NCBI GenBank assembly: GCA_963842085.1 | Contig: CAWJET010000001.1 | Location: forward strand, 2,112,001 to 2,176,000 | Origin: an uncultured delta proteobacterium | GTDB taxonomy: Bacteria > Desulfobacterota > Binatia > Binatales > Binataceae | Direction of reading: 5' to 3' | DNA length: 64,000 nt | Part shown: positions 58,401-64,000 of the stretch, piece by piece | Layout of the letters: each line of letters opens with the position of its first letter | Position numbering within the stretch: position 1 is the stretch's first letter | Notes under the pieces: model-generated | Database searches by the model: none | Told to the model about the DNA's origin: nothing | What the model saw: only the letters and a program-made list of their open reading frames with translations | Translations under genes and position numbers: made by a program

Positions 58401-61308
58401 CCTTCGCCTGCGCCGCGGTCGTCCACTCGAGCATCAGCCTATGACTGACGTACAAGCGGTAGAGGGTGCGCGAAATCGCGTCGCACATCAGCCACGCTTG
58501 ATGTGCGAGCAGGGTCAGCATCATCGCAAGCTGTGAGAGCCCCGCCAGCAAATCCTTGCCGACGGCGAGGATGTGGCTGCGCTTGGAGATGTCGCGGCGG
58601 CGGGGGATGATTCCGGTGACGAACGGGAGCATCGGCGCCGTCGCGATCGTCGCGCCGATGAACGCGGTCCAGATCGCGGCGCCAGCTAACGGCAGCGTCC
58701 AGCCCGCGACAAGTGCGAGCAAAGTGATTGGCGCCGAGAGCGTACGGCGCAGGTTGTCGATCATTTTCCAGCGCCCGAGCGGCGGCATCGACGAGCGGCC
58801 GTCGCGCCCTTGCGAGGTAGTTGCGCCCGCGTCGGAATCATGCGGACGGCCTAAAATCCACGGCAGCAGTTGCCAGTCACCGCGCGCCCATCGATGCTGT
58901 CTGCCGGCGGCAACGTCGTAGCGCGACGGAAACTCCTCGACCAGCTCGATGTCGGAGACCAGTCCCGCGCGCGCGAAAGTTCCTTCGAAAAGATCGTGGC
59001 TCAGAAGCGTGTTGTCAGGAACGCGGCCCGCCAGCGCCGCCTCGAACACGTCTACATCGTAAATCCCTTTGCCGCTGTACGAACCTTCATCGAGGAGATC
59101 CTGGTAAACGTCGGAAACGGCGAACGCGTAAGGATCGATTCCGGCGGCGCTCGAGAAGGTGCGCTGGAAGACCGAGCCGTCGCGCCCGGTCGGCAGTGAC
59201 CCCGTGATTCGCGGCTGAAGAACTCCGTGTCCTTCGATCACGCGGCCGAGTTGCTTGTCGAATCGGGGCGCGTTCAGCGGATGCGCCATTTTGCCGACCA
59301 TGCGCTTGGCGGCGCCGCGCGGCAGGCGCGTGTCGGCGTCGAGCGTGATCACGTAGCGCACTCCGTCGGGGACTGCGGACGCGCCTCCATCCTGCGCAAT
59401 GAACGTGGTATCGGTCCCGCCGCGCAGCATCCGATTCAGCTCATGCAGCTTGCCGCGTTTGCGCTCCCAACCCATCCACACGCCCTCGGCTTCGTCCCAC
59501 ACGCGCCTGCGATGGAGCAGCAAAAATCTCGCGCCGGCAGGTGCCGCTCCGTGACGCTGATTCAGCCGCGCGATTCCCGCCGCCGCTGCCGCCAGCAAGT
59601 CGTCGTCGCCGGGTGCGGTTTCGGTCGCCGAGTCGGTCCAGTCCGACAGCAACGCAAAGTACAGCTCCCCGTCCGGACTTGCCAGGTAATGAACCTCGAG
59701 CCGCTCGATCTGCTCGTCGATCTCGGCGCGCGTAGTCAACAGGGTCGGCATCACGACCATCGTGCGCAGGCTCGCCAGCACGCCATCATGAAGCTCAAGT
59801 GCGGGAATCGTGTTGGGACCGATGATGGTCGTAACGGCGCGATTGACCAGCGCCACCGCCGCATCCATCGCCGGAATGATCGCGACCATCGCGAGGATGA
59901 ACCGAGTCCATCCGCCGACGTGCGCATCCGCAATCGCGAGCAGGCCGCACGCGACGATGATTGCCGTGACCACCGCGATCGTACCCAGGTATCCCTTGAT
60001 TCCGGCCGCCGCGTTGGCGCGAGCTATCCAGTCGCGAACTGGCGCACGAAATCCCAGCTTCGCTTCGAGCGCGTGACGCCCCTCTGAAATGAGGTAGTAG
60101 CCCGGATGATGCTCGCGACGCGCCACCACGCCGTCGCCATTTGGCAGTTCGGACGCCGCTCCCTTGGCCGCGGCAATCGCGCTTTGCGCGACCTCGACTT
60201 CGGTGTGCCCTGAACCTCGCGCGAGTTCCTCGATCGCGTGCCGATAGCTATCGCGCGTAGCGAAATCCATCGCCGCGAAGTCGCTGTCGGCGCGCAGTAC
60301 TGCATCGACCGCGCTCACGCTCTCGAAGAAATCCGCCCATTCGACCGCCGACATCAGGCCCATACTCGTGATCACGTTGCGCACCGTCACGTTCATCGCG
60401 CCCTGCCCCTGATGCACTTCGCGGACGATTTCGTCGGCGGTAGTGCCCTCCGCCGCCAGCCGCTGATCCAGCCACTCGAGCGCCGGCGTAACCTTGGGAC
60501 CCTGATCGCGCAGTCGTTGAACCATCTGCACCGCGAATGCCGCCGGAACAGGTGAGCGATCAAAATCCTTGAACACGACCTCAGCCGGTTCCGCGTCGCG
60601 GCCATTTGCTCCGAGCAGCCGGTCCGCCACCAAGTCGGCGCTCTGGCGTTCGGCACGGCCGCGGCCAATCTCTTCAGCCGCGCGGCGCAGGTTTTCGACC
60701 AGCACGATCCGAAGCGTAATCGCGACCGCCCACAACTCGCCGATCGTCAGCGGCTGCACGCGCTGGTAGGCCTGCACGAACCTGGACAGCGTCTGCGTAT
60801 GGAAGTAGCTGTCGGTATGCGCGACGTAGGCCCACGCGATCCCGAACACGCGCGGATATCCTTCCAGCGGACCCTCAGCCAGCTTGGGCAGTTGACGATA
60901 GAATCCGCGCGGCAGGTCGTCGCGAATTTCGCGAATCTGCTCTTCGACGACGTGAAAATTGTCGACCAGCCACTCCGCCGCGGGCGTGATCGCGCGCTCC
61001 TCCCGGATCGCGCCCGCGATGCTGCGATATGCCTCCAACAACACACGCCCATTCTCGCTGACGCGCGGCGCCATTGGCCTCCCGAGCCCCGGACGGTCCG
61101 TCACGCGCTGAGCAACTGCCAGCGACTCGCCATGCTGCTCCAGGCGCTCGACGCTGAACAATTCGGCACGGATCGGTTCTTCCGTGTGCGCGAAACCGGG
61201 CGGAGGTGCTTTACGCGCACGGAGAAATAACAGACTCAAACTTGCCTCTCGATCCGGGCGACCGGGTACGGGATGAAATAAACGCGAACTGCGCAGAGTG
61301 AAGGGCAC
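52498..61308 (-). CDS. ndvB: Cyclic beta-1,2-glucan synthase (Cgs/NdvB/ChvB; GT84 plus GH94-like C-terminus)
   Basis: 2936 aa; WERKRGKL, ITLDADT, SHDLFEG, RWARGDWQL, SWSGSMFEYLMP, FRDQLQD, GDWNDGMN, RENGGQYTH. Confidence 0.93.
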   Translation of the reverse strand: MPFTLRSSRLFHPVPGRPDREASLSLLFLRARKAPPPGFAHTEEPIRAELFSVERLEQHGESLAVAQRVTDRPGLGRPMAPRVSENGRVLLEAYRSIAGAIREERAITPAAEWLVDNFHVVEEQIREIRDDLPRGFYRQLPKLAEGPLEGYPRVFGIAWAYVAHTDSYFHTQTLSRFVQAYQRVQPLTIGELWAVAITLRIVLVENLRRAAEEIGRGRAERQSADLVADRLLGANGRDAEPAEVVFKDFDRSPVPAAFAVQMVQRLRDQGPKVTPALEWLDQRLAAEGTTADEIVREVHQGQGAMNVTVRNVITSMGLMSAVEWADFFESVSAVDAVLRADSDFAAMDFATRDSYRHAIEELARGSGHTEVEVAQSAIAAAKGAASELPNGDGVVARREHHPGYYLISEGRHALEAKLGFRAPVRDWIARANAAAGIKGYLGTIAVVTAIIVACGLLAIADAHVGGWTRFILAMVAIIPAMDAAVALVNRAVTTIIGPNTIPALELHDGVLASLRTMVVMPTLLTTRAEIDEQIERLEVHYLASPDGELYFALLSDWTDSATETAPGDDDLLAAAAAGIARLNQRHGAAPAGARFLLLHRRRVWDEAEGVWMGWERKRGKLHELNRMLRGGTDTTFIAQDGGASAVPDGVRYVITLDADTRLPRGAAKRMVGKMAHPLNAPRFDKQLGRVIEGHGVLQPRITGSLPTGRDGSVFQRTFSSAAGIDPYAFAVSDVYQDLLDEGSYSGKGIYDVDVFEAALAGRVPDNTLLSHDLFEGTFARAGLVSDIELVEEFPSRYDVAAGRQHRWARGDWQLLPWILGRPHDSDAGATTSQGRDGRSSMPPLGRWKMIDNLRRTLSAPITLLALVAGWTLPLAGAAIWTAFIGATIATAPMLPFVTGIIPRRRDISKRSHILAVGKDLLAGLSQLAMMLTLLAHQAWLMCDAISRTLYRLYVSHRLMLEWTTAAQAKGATRPDVRGFYGMMAGAWALAVAAAIVVASASRGGTAIAVPFMILWMVSPDVARWASLPPPLEGAKVLSLADIRALRLTARRTWRFFETFVTAEDNAVPPDNFQEDPKPALAHRTSPTNLGLYLLSIIAAHDFGWLGTHETVERLGATFDTMKRMERFRGHFYNWYGTRDLRPLDPKYVSSVDSGNLAGHLIALGNACREMIARPAVDPNWLKGIEDSMALVRESLAALGTDRRSYTVTPKQLEEVLDTMAPLTQSEPRTVVEMTAWLTELAAHSDSATDIARALTLERADSAASDVLAWAEALRSCIRSHQRDVELLKPWALRARVKTGALDVSSTQLESIPKLGDLPDLYNDAASRDSTLNQAACARASDAAKALERRLTELAAVASRMLDAMKFDFLLDPARQLLSIGYRVTDGSLDSNCYDLLASEARLASFVAIAKGEVPSRHWFRLGRGMTPVDRGSALISWSGSMFEYLMPSLVMRAPVGSLLDQTNRLVVRRQMKYGAELGVPWGISESAYNARDLELTYQYSNFGVPGLGLKRGLSENAVIAPYATALAAMVNPEAAAQNFSRLFAAGGLGHFGWYEALDYTPSRVPEGENVAVVRAYMAHHQGMTLVAIADALNDGAMRARFHAEPIIQATELLLQERTPRDVAVARPRAEEVKAEANVRESAPPTVRRFHSPHDLIPRTHLLSNGKYTVMITAAGSGFSRWRDLAVTRWREDVTCDSWGTYIFVRDVQSGKVWSAGFQPAGVEADSYEVEFSEDRAEIVRRDGTVTTTLEVAVSPEDDAEVRRVSISNLGSRVREVEVTSYAEIVLASTASDTAHPAFSKMFVQTEFDAEVGALLATRRLRSPTEVPVWAAHLAVAEGESVGEIQFETDRARFLGRGRELRDAVSVIDGRPLSDTVGAVLDPIFSVRRRLRIAAGATARVAFWTIVAPSRTEALDLVDKHHDSNAFERAVTLAWTQAQVQLHHLRVDAEEAHLFQRIANRVLYSDPTLRPSSDLLRRGEGGQSKLWPAGISGDLPIVLVRIDETSDMEIVRELVRAHEYWRMKRLCVDLVILNERPPSYDQDLQIALEALVRTTPARAPDGQGACGNVFVLRADLVSAELRSVLQTVARAVLLSRRGTLSEQVKRLEVFEPAAGPPPRRTPAIQRAALSMPRRQIEFFNGLGGFAADGSEYVTILGEGQWTPAPWINVIANPSFGFQVSVEGGGYTWAINSQQHQITQWSNDPVSDRPGEVLYVHDLDTGELWGPTALPIREDVAPYVVRHGHGYSVFEHTSHGISLELTQYVPLDGSVKISRLMIRNLSPRARRLSVTAYVEWVLGTSRGASAPYIVSEIEPETHAVLVRNSFSIDYGNRIAFADLSGQQSSWTADRTGFLGRNGTLDNPAALANGKPLSAKAGAALDPCAALQTRLTLRPNAMTEVAFFLGEAASRAEAIATIRKYRDADHDSALAAVTRYWDDLLGAVQVKTPDRSMDIMLNRWLLYQTVACRLWARSAFYQAGGAYGFRDQLQDVMALTVAQPALTREQLIRAASRQFVAGDVQHWWLPPAGQGVRTRIADDRVWLAYAVAHYIEVTGDLGILEETVPFLDGPELPPGEVESFFQPTVSDQCRTIFEHCALGLDQSLAVGVHGIPLFGSGDWNDGMNRVGEAGKGESIWLGWFLYTTLQAFAPLADVRREDACAATWRSHATALAGSLEREGWDGNWYRRGYFDDGTPLGSAGNIECRIDSIAQSWSVISGAASPLHAKTAMAAVDEYLVKREDGLVLLFTPPFDHTPLDPGYIKGYPPGIRENGGQYTHGALWSVIAFSMLGDGDKAGELFSLLNPINHANTRAGIHRYKVEPYVACADVYSMPPHVGRGGWTWYTGSAGWMYRAGLEWILGFRLRGKTLVIDPCIPTKWPGFEIVYRYGATRYEIAVENPRGVSRGVTSMELDGKALVVRPAQIALADDSATHRVRIILG

Positions 61309-61479
61309 AGCCTGTTCCGGCGAAGAATCGCGTTGATGCGTCGCTTAGTGTATCAGAACGCGGACAGAAACCTCCACTTGAGCGCTCGTCCTATCTACGT
61401 CGCTCATGCCGGGATGCCGCGCGCTGTGGCTTTTCAAAACCGATCCACGCGAAAAGTAACCTCCTGAGTCGCCGAGAGA

Positions 61480-61760
61480 ATGCAAATCCGCGGCAGGGAC
61501 GGGAGCATCTTCTGCGGCCTTCAACGCGCCCTTGGGATTCGGCTCCGCGATCTGTACGCGACCAAAGACACCTATGTCTCGGTTGCCTTGACCAAAGGCG
61601 TGAGCCTAACCTGGCTGTCCGAGCAGACCGAGGTCAGGGAGAGCACGCTTCGGACGCACTACGGAAGGTTCGTTCACGCGAGCCAAGCCGACGCGTTGGA
61701 ACTCGCGAAGATCGACCCAAACGGGAAGGAGAGTTTACCCCACGATGGGGCAAACTCAAG
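61480..61760 (+). pseudogene. Tyrosine integrase C-terminal remnant
   Basis: LYATKDTY...WLSEQT....TLRTHYGRF resembles an integrase box II region; converges on the tRNA 3' end. Confidence 0.6.
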
Positions 61761-61789
61761 AAAAAATCCTTTGATTTACAAGGGAAAAA

Positions 61790-61865
61790 TGGTGGAGCAG
61801 AAGGGATTTGAACCCTCGACCCCTACGTTGCGAACGTAGTGCTCTCCCAGCTGAGCTACTGCCCC
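61790..61865 (-). tRNA. tRNA-Ala (CGC)
   Basis: GGGGCAGTAGCTCAGCTGGGAGAGC...TTCGCAA...GGTTCAAATCC...CCACCA, 76 nt, G3:U70. Confidence 0.97.
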
Positions 61866-61884
61866 ATCCCTAAGCGACCCGGTA

Positions 61885-62751
61885 CTACTGTGAGATAACT
61901 GACTTCAGGTAGGCTCGCAACCTGTCCGCCAAGTCCGGTCGTTTCAACCCGAAGCCGATTTGCGCCGAGATGAATCCCACGCGATCGCCCAGGTCGTAGC
62001 GCACGCCCTCGAACTCGTAGCCGTAAACCTTGCGGCGTGCGGTCAGCGCCATCAACGCGTCGGTCAACTGGATTTCTCCACCGGCACCCGGTTTGCCTGC
62101 GGCGAGCAATTCGAAGATGTCGGGCGTCAGCACGTAGCGCCCCATGATTGCGAATTCGCTCGGCGCTTTCTCGGGCGCCGGTTTCTCGATCATCCCGCGG
62201 AGTTCGTAAGTGCGCTCGCCGACGGCTTTCGCATCGACAATGCCGTACTTCGAGATCTCGCTGCGCGCGACCTTGAGCAGCGCGACCACCGGCGCGTCGC
62301 GCCTCTCCGCGACGTCGAGCAGCTGGCGCAGGCACGGGCGCGGGCAGTCGAAGATGTCGTCGGGGAGCATCACGGCGAAAGGTTCATCGCCGACCGCCTC
62401 GCGCGCCTGCAGCACCGCATGGCCGAGGCCGAGCGGATGGCGCTGTTCGGCGATGGTAATCCGCGCGGGATTGTTGCTGCGTCGGACAAGTTCAAGGATG
62501 TCGTATTTGCCGCGGTCTTCGAGATGGCGCTCGAGTTCCGCGTTGCGCTCGAAGTGATCGACGACCGTCGTCTTGCCGGGGCTGATGACGAAAGTGATCT
62601 CCTCGATGCCCGAAGCGATCGCCTCCTCGACGACGACCTGGATCGCGGGCGTATCCACCACCGGCAGAATTTCCTTGGGAATTACCTTCGATGACGGAAG
62701 CATCCGCGTGCCCATCCCGGCCGCAAGGATGACCGCCTTTTTTACTTTCAT
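61885..62751 (-). CDS. galU: UTP-glucose-1-phosphate uridylyltransferase
   Basis: KAVILAAGMGTRMLP, PLGLGHAV, EKP, GEIQLTDA. Confidence 0.95.
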   Translation of the reverse strand: MKVKKAVILAAGMGTRMLPSSKVIPKEILPVVDTPAIQVVVEEAIASGIEEITFVISPGKTTVVDHFERNAELERHLEDRGKYDILELVRRSNNPARITIAEQRHPLGLGHAVLQAREAVGDEPFAVMLPDDIFDCPRPCLRQLLDVAERRDAPVVALLKVARSEISKYGIVDAKAVGERTYELRGMIEKPAPEKAPSEFAIMGRYVLTPDIFELLAAGKPGAGGEIQLTDALMALTARRKVYGYEFEGVRYDLGDRVGFISAQIGFGLKRPDLADRLRAYLKSVISQ

Positions 62752-62782
62752 GGCAGCGCGATTTTCCGGGTTGGATGACTGC

Positions 62783-63142
62783 TCAGGTCTTCTGCTCGCG
62801 CGCTTCCTGCGCGGATTTGCATGCGATGCAAAACGTGGTGACGGGCCGTGCTTTCAGCCGCTCGATCCCGATTTCGCCGCCGCATTCCTCGCATCGCCCG
62901 TACGAGCCGTCCTCGATTCGCGCGAATGCTTCGCTGATTTTGCTTAGCAGCTTGCGCTCGCGATCGCGCATCCGCAGCAGGAAATTGCGATCCGACTCGA
63001 GCGCGGCCCGATCGGTCGGGTCGGCGCAGGCCTCTTCCGACTCGTGGTTCATAGTGCCGACCGCGCGCTCCGATTCCTGGAGAATGTCGCGCTTGCGGCC
63101 TTCGAGCAGTTTTCGAAAGAGCTGAAGGTCCTTTTGCCTCAC
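62783..63142 (-). CDS. dksA: RNA polymerase-binding protein DksA
   Basis: DPTDRA, RDRERKLL.KI, CEECG...RLKARP...CIACK. Confidence 0.95.
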   Translation of the reverse strand: MRQKDLQLFRKLLEGRKRDILQESERAVGTMNHESEEACADPTDRAALESDRNFLLRMRDRERKLLSKISEAFARIEDGSYGRCEECGGEIGIERLKARPVTTFCIACKSAQEAREQKT

Positions 63143-63212
63143 GGTTGAATTATCCGCTACGAACCGAGTTTTTGATTCTATAGACGCCCTGCTACCATGT
63201 AAAGATTGCGCG

Positions 63213-64000
63213 ATGAAAACGGCTTATCTCGACGCGTTCTCCGGGCTCAGCGGCGACATGATCGTCGGCGCAATCCTCGATTGCGGTGCGGACTTTGGCG
63301 AATTCGAGCGTGCGCTCAAGTCGATGCCGATCGCAGGCTATCGGTTGTCGACTCGCCGCAAGGTCTTGAGCGGCATCTCGGCGCTCAAGTTCGATGTCGC
63401 CGTGACGGAGCCGCAGCCGGAGCGTAGTTTCGGCGAGATTCGCGCGCTGATCGATGCGTCGCCGCTGGCCGCGACGGTCAGGCATCGCGCAATCTCGATC
63501 TTCGAGATGCTCGCGCAGGCCGAAGCGAAGATTCACAACTCGACGCCTGATCGCGTTCATTTCCACGAAATCGGCGCGGTCGATTCGATCGTCGATATTG
63601 TCGGTACAGCATGGGGACTCGAGCATCTCGGCGTGGGCGACGTAATCGTATCTCCGCTACCGATGGGCAACGGATTCGCGCGCTCGCAGCACGGAGTAAT
63701 TCCCGTGCCGGCGCCGGCGACGGTCGAGTTGCTGTCAGGATTTCCGCTCAAGCTCGGCGACGGTGCGCACGAGATGGTCACGCCGACCGGCGCGGCAGTG
63801 GTCCGCGCGCTTGCGCGTCCGGCCGCAATCCCGCTTGCGTTTGAAGTCGAGAAAATCGGCTACGGGGCGGGCGCGCGCGAGCTGGAAGATCGGCCCAACG
63901 TGTTGCGGCTGATGCTGGGGCACGAGCGCCCCGCGTTCGACAGCGACGAGATGCTCGAGCTCTCGGCCAATATCGACGACCTCAGTCCACAGATCTACGA
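63213..64000 (+). CDS. larC: Nickel-pincer cofactor biosynthesis protein LarC (3' truncated by window)
   Basis: Manual translation MKTAYLDAFSGLSGDM...VHFHEIGAVDSIVDIVG...HGVIPVPAPAT...TPTGAA. Confidence 0.92.
   Translation, partial: MKTAYLDAFSGLSGDMIVGAILDCGADFGEFERALKSMPIAGYRLSTRRKVLSGISALKFDVAVTEPQPERSFGEIRALIDASPLAATVRHRAISIFEMLAQAEAKIHNSTPDRVHFHEIGAVDSIVDIVGTAWGLEHLGVGDVIVSPLPMGNGFARSQHGVIPVPAPATVELLSGFPLKLGDGAHEMVTPTGAAVVRALARPAAIPLAFEVEKIGYGAGARELEDRPNVLRLMLGHERPAFDSDEMLELSANIDDLSPQIY

Noticed and set aside
61761-61839. C-terminus of ORF 61480-61839 (MVEQKGFEPSTPTLRT)
   Set aside because: Antisense translation of tRNA-Ala

Overview
High-GC bacterial window; the gene content suggests a soil lineage such as Candidatus Binatia, which is inference only. 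The left flank (1-12.7 kb) holds mdtB/mdtC, an amidase, an APH-family kinase, lipoproteins, a methyltransferase, a CBS protein and a large S53 protease. The right flank (61.9-64 kb) holds galU, dksA and larC. Between them is layered accessory DNA anchored on two minus-strand tRNAs, tRNA-Sec (14874-14969) and tRNA-Ala(CGC) (61790-61865). (i) A 2.1-kb mini-island at the tRNA-Sec 3' end is bounded by a 122-bp direct repeat and carries a membrane-anchored HEPN-motif protein. (ii) A ~47-kb island has an integrase remnant at each end. It contains two paralogous general-stress-like modules (BON, DUF3309-like, DUF3185-like and Trp-repeat/Gln-tail secreted proteins; CsbD and Crp on the left, an AI-2E-B12 fusion on the right), a duplicated structured 5' leader, a cyclic beta-1,2-glucan synthase and a ~20-kb FAAL-PKS-NRPS lipopeptide cluster. 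(iii) A 2132-bp IS1595-family element with cargo ORFs interrupts the NRPS. Six long-gene frameshifts of 1-2 nt may be sequencing errors.
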